A program made the position numbers and the translations under genes. Below the pieces are notes generated by a model, which was not told where the DNA came from, ran no database searches, and saw only the letters and a list, made by a program, of their open reading frames with translations. From contig MU008188.1 of the NCBI GenBank assembly GCA_010909165.1, positions 558,001 to 622,000 of the forward strand: a stretch of 64,000 nucleotides of DNA. The letters are read 5' to 3'. The stretch comes from Anthoceros angustus (lineage: Eukaryota > Plantae > Anthocerotophyta). Numbering within the stretch: position 1 is the first letter of the stretch; every line of letters starts with the position of its first letter. Below are positions 36,349 to 48,565 of this stretch, in pieces.

Positions 36349-36786
36349 GACTACTGGTTGTTAGGTTCTAATTGCCCTGGTTACTGAGGAACGTTGTTTA
36401 TGCTACAATATTGGACATGAACACTTAGGTAGACAGTAAAAGCTATGGCTCTTACGGTACAGGTAAGTATGCATGCATCCAGATCTTGTAATGTGTACTC
36501 ATGGACTGACCATAGTATGCAGGGAGGGGAAGCTGGGAATTCAGCAAGAGAAGGGGGTAGCTGGTGGCTATACCGCTCACGTTGAACTCCTCAGCTTTCC
36601 TTCCAGGCTAGTATGAAACGTTACTCAAGACGGAACCCTAAAACAATGCCTTTACATTTTTTTATGACGGTTCAATTAGGTTAGTCAATAACTGACATGT
36701 CCCTTTCACGTGAAACGACACTCACTAACCAATCTGATTGTTTGGTGACAATTCAACAAGAGGTGCGAAGCAGAAATTGCACCGAT

Positions 36787-37209
36787 TCAAATCTGAACAA
36801 CAATTTCCCCCTGCGCCTCTGGTGTCTCCACTCTCGGGCAGCGGAAGATCTCACAGAACTCCATGGATCCAGGTCTATCAGATAGGCAATTTTGTGCAAG
36901 AACCTCCAGCTTGAGATCCATTTGTTGCAAGATATCAGTTATGCTATTGATGTCTTGCTGAAGCTGGTCCTTGCAGGCAAGAATTGTTTGTTCTGTTGGT
37001 GAATCCAAACTACTAATTCTGTTCTTGAGAGAAATCTGGTTCCTGAAAGCAAGGGACAGGACCCTCTCCACACGGGTAAGGAGCTCTTGCGTCTTGTCCT
37101 TAACTCCTCTAATTCCAGTGTGGGGGTTGAATTCTGTTTTGCTCTCAGTGGTTGCTGCTGCCTGTTGTACGGTCCTTGGTATTCTGACAAAAGGTCGCGG
37201 TGTTTCCAT
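36787..37209 (-). CDS. Extra ORF2 upstream of gag; predicted coiled-coil protein
   Basis: Open ~140 aa from METPRPFVRIP, with heptad-like LLTRVERVLSLAFRNQISLKNRISSL and LQQDINSITDILQQMDLKLEVL. Confidence 0.45.
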   Translation of the reverse strand: METPRPFVRIPRTVQQAAATTESKTEFNPHTGIRGVKDKTQELLTRVERVLSLAFRNQISLKNRISSLDSPTEQTILACKDQLQQDINSITDILQQMDLKLEVLAQNCLSDRPGSMEFCEIFRCPRVETPEAQGEIVVQI

Positions 37210-37534
37210 CAGGTCTGAACAGGAAATCTGGTGAGGCCGATGCTGCAGGTCGAGGTGTGTAATGCAGATCAGGGTTTTGTCCACGTCTGTAACAGCGTTC
37301 TCGATAGAGCCGGTCGGTCTCTTGATTTCTTCTCAGAATCCACCTGGCTGTGGGTGATGAAGGACGTCGTTGAGCAGCAAACCTTTGTAGCCAGAGGGCA
37401 GGGTAGTTATGTTCGTAGAGGTCTAGCACCGTATCTAGAGGTAGGGGTGCTACTGGCCTTGGTGCTGCTAGATGATTGTATCTAGAATACTCACCTCGGC
37501 GTGGGCCACTACGATTTCTACCATGCCTTGGCAT
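37145..37534 (-). CDS. Extra ORF1 directly after the PBS; basic Arg/Pro-rich protein
   Basis: Open ~130 aa from MPRHGRNRSGPRRGEY, overlapping the start of ORF2. Confidence 0.35.
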   Translation of the reverse strand: MPRHGRNRSGPRRGEYSRYNHLAAPRPVAPLPLDTVLDLYEHNYPALWLQRFAAQRRPSSPTARWILRRNQETDRLYRERCYRRGQNPDLHYTPRPAASASPDFLFRPDGNTATFCQNTKDRTTGSSNH

Positions 37535-37565
37535 TTTCAAAGTTTTTTCTCAAGATACGTACCAT

Positions 37566-37577
37566 GCTCTGATACCA
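37566..37577 (-). promoter_or_regulatory. Primer-binding site complementary to initiator tRNA-Met
   Basis: The minus strand reads TGGTATCAGAGC. Confidence 0.9.
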
Positions 37578-38110
37578 GATCTAAACTGATGCGGACTGGG
37601 CAGTGTTTTCAAGGTGCTGGATCAGACTTCCCTCTTCTTTTATGCGTGTAGCCTCGTCCTCCTTTACCCTGCCACAACTCAGGCTGCTCCTAAGCTCAAC
37701 ATTGAAGCTGCCTAGGCGCGCGCGCTGCCACATCTGGTGCCTGGATTCCCACTCCCAACCTTGCTTGGCCTTGTTGTTTTCAGCTGGCCTTGCTGCAGCT
37801 GGGATCTGAGGGGGATTCCTAGCCTTCTGTGGAGCCGCGCTCTCCTTTCTTTCTTCAGCACAGCTGGGTGTCTTCGAGGCGATGGCAATCAGCAGGCGTA
37901 TGAGCACAAACAGCAACAGTTCTCCTCCGGCAATGACAGTAGCCAGGTTGAGCTCCATCTCGCCCCGGCCACCTTATTATGGATCAGGTCTATACTGCAG
38001 AGGAGGACGCGCGCACCCACCACAGTGATCTCCTTCGTGAGAGTGTGCTCGCTTCCTCCTTGTGACTGTCCTGTTCTCGCGCCTGTGCCCGTGTTTAGTT
38101 TAAGAGGGGG

Positions 38111-38295
38111 TGTTACGGTATATGTTATGTATACCTTAAGTTAAACCTAAACGGGCATTAGTCGCCTAGTGGACTAGTTAGGGCTAGACATGTGAATAGT
38201 CACATATGAAGTACTTAAACAATTTTTGTATTCAATTAACATCATTATCAACAATCAAGTTCAGCTCTCTCGTCTCTACTCGTTCCTTCATAACA
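38111..38295 (+). mobile_element. 3' LTR (~185 bp) preceded by a polypurine tract
   Basis: TTAAGAGGGGG|TGTTACGG...CTTCATAACA. Confidence 0.85.
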
Positions 38296-38540
38296 CTCAA
38301 CCCTGTGCTCCATGCGAGGACGAAACATGTGGAGATCCAACACCACTTTATACGATAGATGGTAGCCAACAAGCAAGTCGCCCTGAGCTACATCAACAGA
38401 ATCGACAACATCGCCGGCCTGCTGACCGAGGGCCTACCCAAGTTCCTTCACGACAAGCACATTAAAAGTATAGGACTGGCGAGCAGAGACTCTTATCTTG
38501 GGATTCTCCCGGCATCAGGTAGCACAGAGAAAGGGGGAGC
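38296..38540 (+). mobile_element. Ty1/copia RNase H fragment, 3' part, with PPT-like AAGGGGGAG
   Basis: LNPVLHARTKHVEIQHHFIR*MVANKQVALSYINRIDNIAGLLTEGLP, an in-frame continuation of the 33482-33595 piece. Confidence 0.88.
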
Positions 38541-38859
38541 TCCTTAGCTCCATCAGTGGGACCCTGCTCCACCACATCTCTCAGCTCCCCAATCATCAGG
38601 CAGAGACTTTCATGGGAGAAAGAGCCATTTGAGCTGGAGCAATCCACATTGTGTGAGGAAGGACAAGCCAAGCACCACAAATTTGAGCTGCAACAAGCTG
38701 CGCTCAGGGAGGAGCAGCAAATGAGGTTAGAAATTGCCAAAGAGGAGAACACCACAAAGTTAGAAATGAAACGAATAGACGTTTGGAAGTATGTTTTGGG
38801 TGCAAAATTAGAAATAAAGTACCTGAAAGTCATCGTTAAGAAGGTGGAAAAAAAATTTA

Positions 38860-40000
38860 ACTACACTGACAGCAAATGATGTGGAGCACACCTCTCTGAT
38901 AATTCTTATGTAAGACTTTGTCTTCTAGAACTTCTTTGAAGTTGTGTGCTATAATATTTGAGTTGTCGTCTAGGTTATCTGGTACTGAAAACTCTAATTC
39001 CTCATCTAGGTGCAATTCTAACCATGCATCTCCAAGGTTGGCCAGCATATTTTGCAACACACAACATGCTATTGTACCCATCATCCTATCTATTTGACAT
39101 CTTTTGCTTGTTTCACTTGACGTCGAAGTTCCCGCAAAAGAACCCATCTAGACTTCAAAATTCCAATATAATGCGCATTCCGCACTCTGATTTTAGACAA
39201 ATAATAGTTGAACTCTATATTCTTTCCACATGTCAGAGCTCTATAAAGTGGAACACAAAACTGTGACAGAGGATATGCTGAATCACCCAAAATGTACGTA
39301 TTGCCCTATACAGAAGTGTGAGGCAGGATTCCTGTAGGCACATATTCTTTGATATACATAAGCATCATGATTAAATCTAGGACATCCGAAATGCAGAGAT
39401 ATAATGCCCTTGTTGATATCACTTGCAAATGGAGGTTAAATGAATACTTCTTTTTTCAATCAAAATATTGGCCACCAGCAACGTCAAGCTTTTGTGAAAG
39501 AGGCAATATTGTTTCATCAATGAAGCCAGCGCAATGTTGTAAGCCTTCTATACTCATTACTGCACTTGCAAGCTAAAATCCGCGCCTACTTGAATTTGGC
39601 CACAATATCGTCTCATCTCTCAGGTCCGGCAATGCCGTGATTACTCTTTTTGGTCCTCTCAACAACAGTGCCATGGCCTACATGGAAGAGATGGCACATC
39701 TTACCAATGCTTGCTCCATTGTTTCCAACACCCAACTTGCATAATGTCATTGCTAGCTGCCAAGTAACTTGAATTTGGGAAGAGTTGGAGTTGTTGAAGA
39801 GCACTTGGTTAAGTGACATAAAATATTGCAAAGTGATGTGAATCTCTTATGTGAAGTGCGAAGTAGCTGCCTAAACTCATCTAGATGTATGTTAGATAGA
39901 GTAGACGACCAATAGTATGTAGGCCGATGTCGCTTGGCCTTTGCATTCACAAACCTTGAAGCTTGAGCAAGCATGTACATTTCAACAGGACCTTCTCCCT
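38860..40000 (-). pseudogene. Harbinger (DDE_Tnp_4/HARBI1-like) transposase, disrupted
   Basis: FRQLLRTSHKRFTSLC, WQLAMTLCKLG..GASIGKMCHLFHVGHGTV, GFIDET, LGDSAYPL and FNYYLSKIRV..IGILKSRW..L, IACCVLQN. Confidence 0.85.
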
Positions 40001-41167
40001 TTGAATCTGATGAGTTCTCTAGACTTCATCAGAGGTGTCGCTCAATATGCTTGCAAATGCCCATGCCTTTTCCAAGTCTAGAAGGAACTGTTTCCTCCGA
40101 GAACGATAAAGCATGGCAACTAAAACTTCCTTGGAATTCTTGGGCCACCGAATTCTGCTAACGCTATCACATAGAGGGAAAGAAAATAAGCAGCCCTGGT
40201 GTACATTTGTGCAGCACGCATGCAGCGATGGTGATGGCGTGTTGTGGCAGGAATGACTGTAGGCAAACAAGGTCGTGGTGGGAAGAAAAAAGAAGGAGGG
40301 CAGGCGATTAAGACGGACCGGGGTCGCCCTGAAGGAGAGGAGGCGTATCATACCACCACAAATCGCGGATCTGCCAAATCTAGTAAGAAGTGGCCTAGTG
40401 GATTTGTTTAAATCCAATACGCTAAATATTTCATGGAAACTTAAGTATTTACTTTTTTTCATGGTAACCAAATACTATTAAAAAAACTCAACAATAATAC
40501 GCCTTAATGATACAAAGACTGGGGCAATACCCGGTTTTGCGGAACCACTAATACTTGGTGTTTGAAGCACTTTTTTTATGTATTTTTATCCTATTCTAAA
40601 AAATCAACCGAATATTGGCTCTTGGCAAGTTCGAAATACTCAACTCTCCATTGCTCCCCAGCTTGCAAGGTCTATCACTCAGATGCACCCCAAGGCAATC
40701 TACTCTTCGTCTCACGGAGCGGCAGCTCCAAGCTTGCATCATCGTGCTGTTATTGAAGTCGTATGTGGTCTCTTTGCCCCTTGAAGGACACTTATTTCCA
40801 CCTTAGTTCAATGGGATGCAAAGTGCTTGAGATGGTGAAAGTCGAGATGTAGCGAGACAATGTGGTTGAGATGGTGAAGATCTACCCAGGTTGGTTGGAA
40901 CGGGAAGGTGTGGACCATGGATTGGCTATGGTGGAAGTTTATAGTTATGGCGGAGACCCCATTATAAAGACTATAATACCCTAAAATATTAAGATCCCTA
41001 CATCATTCCGGGTTACCAAGGATTTCCTGGGTCATCCGTATTTTGAACCCTCCATACGTAGGGGGGTTCAAAATATGGTGAAAACACTAGGGTCCGATGT
41101 TTTGGTGGGGTCAAGTCATAATGAGGGTTATCAATTAGTCTTATGCTCTCGAAATACCGCTGAACGG

Positions 41168-41373
41168 GTGACATCTAGACAATGTGCCCTTCGGAAGAGA
41201 CATCTAGACAATGTGCCCTTCGGAAGTGACATCTAGACAATGTGCCCTTCGCTAGACAATGTGCCCTTAGGAAGTGACATCTAGACAATGTGCCCTTCAG
41301 AAGTGACATCTAGACAATGTGCCCTTCGGAAGTGACATCTAGACAATGTGCCCTGCGGAAGTGACATCTAGAC
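41168..41373. repeat. 29-bp minisatellite, ~7 copies
   Basis: GTGACATCTAGACAATGTGCCCTTCGGAA head-to-tail, with one truncated unit. Confidence 0.95.
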
Positions 41374-41398
41374 GTGGGTCCATTCAAACTTCATGGTC

Positions 41399-41517
41399 GA
41401 GTACCCTTTAGTCACTCCAGGGTCAAGTACCCTTCCGTCACTCCACGGTGGAGTACCCTTCCATCACTCCAAGGTGGAGTACCCTTCAGTCACTCCAAGG
41501 TGGAGTACCCTTCAGTC
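41399..41517. repeat. 26-bp minisatellite, ~4.5 copies
   Basis: GGAGTACCCTTCAGTCACTCCAAGGT units. Confidence 0.92.
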
Positions 41518-42334
41518 GGATCTCTACTGGGATGGGGTGCTATCCCTCCCCCACGAAAAAGACTTATGAGATTGCGGCTTGTAAAAAGTTCAAAGGGGCC
41601 GCCCATTGTAAAAACGCTACGGGTTTACTCTCAATTAAATCCACGAGCAAGTTGACTACAACAAGAATACGAGGACTTATGTACTTACATCTTGATTAAT
41701 TTATATTTTAAAATAACAAATCTATATATTGATTACTTTATATTTTATCATATCATGTCTACCTTATAATAATTTATCTTATTATTAATTTCACAATTAT
41801 TTATAAACTAATTATAATTATATATTGTACATAAGTTTGAAGGAAACTAAAGGAAAAATAGGAAATTGTGGTGATTTGTAGGCACATTAACCCTTGAATG
41901 ACCGAAGGTCATCTCACTTTGAGATGCTCCACATTGTGACGCTCCGAGAATAAGAAACATTTACAAGCAAGCTTTTCGATCGCCACAATATTTTTTATTG
42001 TTGTTAGAATTAAGCATGTCATAAGCTTTTCGATCATCATAGCATTTTTAATTATTGTTAGAATCAAGCATGTCATAAGTCGTTGGATAGAGATTGGGCT
42101 GAAGAACTAAATTTTAAAAACAAAAAGTAATCCAAAAATAATTTTAATTTAATAACTAGTTATCCTAACATGATTATACTAAACATGTGCTTGAAAAGCT
42201 CTCTCACACAAGCTCTTCATATTGAATACATTATTAGCAATAATGGCAATAGCCTAATACTCTATATCATGCTTATGCATAACCGCTAAGAATTTATCTA
42301 GCTTTGATATAGATGTCATCACACTGGTTAGCCT

Positions 42335-42422
42335 CAACACATGGCTTACCTAAGAATATGTTAAGATCAAGAATAAAACAACACATGGCTTACCTAAGAA
42401 TATGTTAAGATCAAGAATAAAA
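42335..42422. repeat. Perfect 44-bp tandem duplication
   Basis: CAACACATGGCTTACCTAAGAATATGTTAAGATCAAGAATAAAA x2. Confidence 0.92.
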
Positions 42423-43851
42423 TTTTTTCGAGAAAAAATTCTGATTCATCCATAAAGGAGAAGGTGCATCAAGGGGTCCTAAAGACTTCTAAGAGCTAAG
42501 GTCGGGGGCTGTTAGATAGTGGCAGAGCTACTTTGATCAGTGTGGGTTGTTCATGAGCTAGCTGGGGTAGCACCTTGGGCAAAGCCTTTGCCAAGCTTGG
42601 GAGCTTCGAGTCACCAGCTGACATTCTAACAATGCTAAAGGAACAAAGATGATGCCCACATCAGAATGGTAGTTATTTGCTTACGAGAGTCTTGGTTCAA
42701 CAAGCTAGAGATGTATCCCATTTTGAGAGAGCCGTCAACCTATGACAAGAAAAAGGAGGTTGCTCCACAAGTTGGTCCTTCAAGTGTTGTAAAGAACTTT
42801 GGATCACGATCAGGAGGATTTTATGGCGTCCGAGTTGCACACAAATTCCGGGGCATGTGACCACAGACGCAGAGCACTACTGATGAACTGCAGAAATCCT
42901 TAAGCTAACCTTGCTTTGCCAAGGCCCAGTCCCACTCATTGAGGGCCTGAATTTCTTTCAAGACAAGGAGACGCAACTTGGATACCGCTACCTTCGAATG
43001 ATAATGAGGCTATGGAGTGAGGTCTCAGAGCATGCCTCCCTGATCAACAAGTCCATTTCCTTAGTGAAGAAGTGCAGGTAGCTGAGAGAGGAATGCCGTT
43101 GTACATAGCATTCACCATCATAGCAAACACATGACACAAAGGTCAGCAAGTTAACCTCCTAGTCGACCATTCGATGCACATCCTCTAGTCCCGCAAGGGC
43201 TTTAGGGTAGATAGTATCTGAGCCAAGCACATTCATGTGCATAGAGGCACGAATTGGGGAGGAGGATAACACCTTAGGTGCAGGTTTTGAAGGGAGCTTC
43301 CTTCAAGTTGCGGGATATCGTCGTCACTCCCCCCATCATCCAAGGAATCTAGAACCAAGCCATTGCGGTCCGAACGAGCAACCGTAGCAATTGCACAGCT
43401 CGCAAAGCAAGCACGATGCCCCTCCGCTCAACACAAAGTAGCACCAATTTTAGATCTTCCAAGATGAGCCTCTCATCCCATCTTCAAAGCTTGTAGATCT
43501 TCTTGCGGAGCACTTAGAACAAATCGCACAGTTGGTGATATTGAAGGTGGAAGGCAATTTTTAGACGGTGAAATGAGCACTTTCATATTGCAATGTAAGT
43601 AGCCACACATAATTGAAAGCACACATCTCAAAGTTTGTTGTGTTCCTTAGTGCATACATATCCATGGATTATGTTAAGACTGCAGAATTTAAGACATTTG
43701 TGCAAAGGACTAATTCTCGAGGATCCTCAAGGCGGCTCATAGACCACGGGCTCAGAGTCTATCTAGTACATGCATGAAACAGACAAATGTTAGTAACATA
43801 GATATGATGTCTGACAAGATCTTCGTGCATTGTATTCTAGCTTTGCTACTA

Positions 43852-44197
43852 CCGTACCTCGAAGGGTGGTTCAACAGGATAATACCGAAATAATTATTTT
43901 TTGAAAAAAACAAGGTTCAACATAAATATTTATATTTTTCAAAATTTCAACATTTACAAAAATAATTTTATCAAATTTTAATATTTTATTAAAATATATA
44001 GGTATGTATAAAACTAATGGATATGTATAGATCTCCCTAAATAGGCCCTAATTTTCCACACAAACCCTATTTTCCTTATTTTCGCATCATAAACTCATAA
44101 ATTTTTACCTATTCAATATTTTAAGTATAATAATTTCTGGATTTTCAACTTTTACTAATTTTAATTAATTAACGCCGAATCACCCCTTGGGGTACGG
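43852..44197. mobile_element. ~346-bp AT-rich MITE with CCGTACC TIRs and TA target duplication (Tc1/mariner-type)
   Basis: TA|CCGTACCTCGAAGGGTGGTTC ... GAATCACCCCTTGGGGTACGG|TA, 17/21 TIR match. Confidence 0.8.
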
Positions 44198-45609
44198 TAC
44201 TGAAGTTTTCAAGACGGGTGTGTTACTATTCAATATTATTTCCCATGAAGTCTTCATTATTTCATAAAGCTCTTTACAACACCTCTTAAGTTATCTTTTC
44301 CATAGAAACTTGCTAACACTTATCTCAAAGAAATTGTATCTTTCAACTCAAATAAGATAACTGTGCATAAATATGATTATGTTATGTTGATGACTGATGG
44401 ATGGCCAAGAAAAGAGGTAGTGAACGCATCCTAAATTTGATTTCAAGCAAATTATACTCTTGAAATAGGTTCTAGGCTCCCTGTGCAAGGCCAAATGGCG
44501 GGTGGACAGGACTGTCACGCAGGACGAGGCTAGTTGAGATGCTACCTTGGTAACGAAGAGTGGCATGGTGGCTGTCCAGTTTCTCTCCCCGGGTTCCCTT
44601 GCTGACACCTAACCAGCTCACTATTGCCACGTTCTTGTCCGTCATCTTAGTAGCTAGGCCTTGTCTTACGCAAATGAGCTTGTCCTCGTGTTGTGCAAGG
44701 ATGTTGATCGAATGCATTCACCTTGCCACATCACGGACGAGGGGCAAATTGGTGCCGCAATAGCTAAACTAGCTGCCTTCTTGTTATCCCCCAGCCCAGC
44801 TCACAGTGTTGTGCTGTAGGGATGACATTATATTTACAAATGTGAATCCCTGTTTTTGCCTTCGTATGGAGATGATCTTGACAATGTGAACAAATGTAAA
44901 TTAATGACGCATGGCAAGCCCAACAAGATATCAAAGCATAAAAATGAGAGTTAGCCGACAACAAAATCTCAATCATACGCCATGAGACTATGAAACACAT
45001 TATGATCATTATAGAAAAGAGTTAAAAAAAGGGGTTATAGTCCAAAGTGCCATTGCTTGGAGAACAATAGATACTCGTTGTTTAAGAAGGCAATAAAGGA
45101 GCTCTTCAGACTCACAGTTTGAGCATAGCTAGAGCACTGTTTGAACTTCGTTCCATGTCTAGTTAGCCATGTGTTTGAACTTTGTTCCATGTCTAGTTAG
45201 CCATGTGGCCAACCGAACCGTACCAACTAGTTGACGGATACAAGCACACGTGGTCCCCAGTTTGCTGACGTGGTAGGGTATAGTTCAATTCAAGCTAAAT
45301 TGATCATCAAGCTATACTATGTACTGGATAGTTCACTGCGAACTGAGGTTAAATAAAATGTTTTTATCTTTTATCAATGACTCCATATGCATGCTATTTC
45401 AAATGACTTTCATGTTACTCCATGCTATTTCATCCATTCCTCTTCCCGCTTATCGGGTCAGCCCGTTTCCAAGCTTTCGGCCATGGCCTCACATGTACAG
45501 TGCTCGCATCGTGCTGGAGGTTGTGGACAAGAAGGGAATTCAACTCAAGCACTCACCAAGCTCAAGCTATTAAAGCGTGCTAGAGGTTGTGGATAGGAAG
45601 GGAATTCAA

Positions 45610-45890
45610 CTCAAGCACTCACCAAGCTCAAGCTATTAAAGCCCAAGTCGCAGACACTCGCTCATCAAGCCCAAGCTATTAAAGCCCAAGTCGCAACCAC
45701 TCGCTCACCAAGCCCAAGCTATTAAAGCCCAAGTCGTAGAGGCTCGTTCACCAAGCCCAAGCTATTAAAGCCCAAGTCGCATATACTTGTTCATCAAGCC
45801 CAAGCTATTAAACCTCAAGTCGCAGACACTCGCTCACCAAGCCCAAGCTATTAAAGCCCAAGCTGCAGACACTGCCACCAAGCTCAAGGT
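45610..45890. repeat. 43-bp minisatellite, ~6 copies (again at ~49840-50110)
   Basis: CAAGCTATTAAAGCCCAAGTCGCAGACACTCGCTCACCAAGCC units. Confidence 0.92.
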
Positions 45891-46417
45891 AAGCTACGCC
45901 AAAAGAGGCATTTTGGGCGAGGAAGCGTTCGCCCATGGAACATGGCAATCAAATGGTCTGGTAAAATGAAATTCAAATGTTGTAATGAAAACAAATATTA
46001 CCATTTAGTTAATAACCGGTCTAAAGGCATTTCTGATTCGATTTGTACAATTTGTACTTCATAGCCTGCTCAATTCTTCAAGTCCATATAGGTCCTAAAT
46101 AGAAGCGAGCCTTATTCATTCTTGCCTACCTCACCATAAAGCTTTTGCACTCAAGGTCTTTATTCAAGGCTTCAAACGTATGTCAAATAAGGAGGTTGAA
46201 GAGGCACACCATCTTACATTCCACTTGACTTGGAGACTAAACTCAAAGATGGTTTCGCACTTTATGGTCTCGCACGTGACAAACCTCACTCCGCTCGGCA
46301 GGGACATGCCAAATCAGCGCGCCCCGTTCGTCGGGAGCGGCCTGACAATATGTGGAAAACCGTGACGAATCGGGGCGCCCCATTCTAGGGGACCACCTTG
46401 TAAGTCTTTTTAATATA

Positions 46418-46434
46418 TTATCATTATCATTATC

Positions 46435-46499
<65 letters not shown>

Positions 46500-46705
46500 C
46501 ATTAATCAATCATTATCATTATCATTATCATTATCATTATCATTATCATTATCATTATCATTAATAATTATCATTATCATTATCATTATCATTATCATTA
46601 CATCATTATCATTATCATTATCATTATCATTATCATTATCATATCATCATTATCACCATCATCATTATCATCATCATTATCATTATCATTATCAATATCA
46701 TTATC

Positions 46706-46761
<56 letters not shown>

Positions 46762-47351
46762 CAACATCATTATCATTATCAATATCATTATCAATTATCA
46801 TTATCATCATCATCATCATCATTATCATTATCATTACCATTATCATTAATTATCATTATCATCATTATCATTATCATTATCATTATCATTATCATTATCA
46901 TTATCATTATCATTATCAATCATTATCATTATCATTATCATTATCATTATCATATCATTATCATTATCATTATCATTATCATCATTATCATTATCATTAT
47001 CATTATCATTATCATTATCATCATCATCATTATCATTATCATTATCATTATCATTATCATCACATCATTATCACCATTATCATTATCATTAATATCATTA
47101 TCATTATCATTATCATTATCATTAATCATTATCATCAATCATCATTATCAACATCATTATCATTATCATTATCATTATCATTACATCAACATCATCATCA
47201 TTATCATTATCATTATCATCATTATCATTATCATTATCATTATCATTATCATTATCATTATCATTATCATCATTATCATTATCATTATCATATCATTATC
47301 ATTATCATTATCATTATCATTATCAATATCATCATTATCATTATCATTATC

Positions 47352-47383
<32 letters not shown>

Positions 47384-47597
47384 CATTATATTATCATTAT
47401 CATTATCATTATCATTATCATTATCATTATCATTATCATTATCATTATCATTATCATTATCATTATCATTATCATTATCATTAATCAACATCATCATCAT
47501 TATCATTATCATCATCATCATCATCATTATCATTATCATCACCATTATCATTATCATTATCATTATCATCATTATCATTATCAACATCATCATTATC

Positions 47598-47629
<32 letters not shown>

Positions 47630-47836
47630 CATTATCATTATCATTATCATTATCATTATCATTATCATTATCATTATCATTATCATTATCATTATCATTA
47701 TCATTATCATTATCATTATCATTATCATTATCATTATCATTATCATTATCATTATCATTATCATTATCATTATCATTATCATTATCATTATCATTATCAT
47801 TATCATTATCATATCATCATTATCATTATCATTATC

Positions 47837-47868
<32 letters not shown>

Positions 47869-48565
47869 CATTATCATTATCATTATCATTATCAATCATT
47901 ATCATTATCATCATTATCATCATTATCATTATCATTATCATTATCATTATCATCATTATCATTATCATTATCATTATCATTATCATTATCATTATCATTA
48001 TCATTATCATTATCATTATCATTATCATTATCATTATCGTTATCATTATCATTATCATTATCATTATCATTATCATTATCATTATCATTATCATTATCAT
48101 TATCATTATCATTATCGTTATCATTATCATTATCATTATCATTATCATTATCATTATCATTATCATTATCATTATCGTTATCGTTATCATTATCATTATC
48201 ATTATCATTATCATTATCATCATTATCATTATCATTATCATTATCATTATCGTTATCATTATCATCATTATCATTATCATTATCATTATCATTATCATTA
48301 TCATCATTATCATTATCATCATCATTATCATTATCATTATCATTATCATTCATTATCATCGTTATCATTATCATTATCATTATCATTATCATTATCATTA
48401 TCATTATCATTATCATTATCATCATTATCATTATCATTATCATTATCATTATCATTATCATTATCATTATCATTATCATTATCATTATCATTATCATTAT
48501 CATTATCATTATCATTATCATTCATTATCATTATCATTATCATCATTATCATTATCATTATCATT
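46418..48565. repeat. (ATCATT)n hexamer microsatellite, ~2.1 kb
   Basis: Directly visible. Confidence 0.99.

Larger units (their letters stand above)
33596..38295. mobile_element. Rearranged Ty1/copia LTR retrotransposon (TGTTA...TAACA) inserted in the older RNase H fragment
   Basis: Integrase C-terminus and RT on + (33660-35240). PBS-ORF1-ORF2-gag-PR on - (37577-35240). TDADWA on + (~37585-37602), followed by PPT and LTR on +. Confidence 0.85.
32800..40100. mobile_element. PIF/Harbinger transposon remnant (transposase on -, probable partner ORF on +) containing nested Copia pieces
   Basis: HARBI1-type fragments at 38860-40000 on -. Plus-strand ORF pieces at 32800-33480 and 38556-38879 converge on it. 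TIRs were not located. Confidence 0.6.

Noticed and set aside
36787-37577. Endogenous caulimovirus
   Set aside because: The PBS and small ORFs fit, but the downstream genes are copia gag/PR and RVT_2-type RT. No movement protein or caulimovirid RT was seen.
41168-41517. 29-bp and 26-bp repeats as a CRISPR array
   Set aside because: The units are contiguous with no unique spacers, there are no cas genes, and the context is eukaryotic.
42440-43560. Possible decayed TE coding sequence
   Set aside because: It is too degenerate to assign from sequence alone.
45610-45890. 43-bp repeats with a variable middle as a CRISPR-like array
   Set aside because: The variation is only a few substitutions, as in an ordinary minisatellite.
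46418-48565. Interstitial telomere
   Set aside because: The motif ATCATT/AATGAT lacks the G-run of plant telomere repeats (TTTAGGG).
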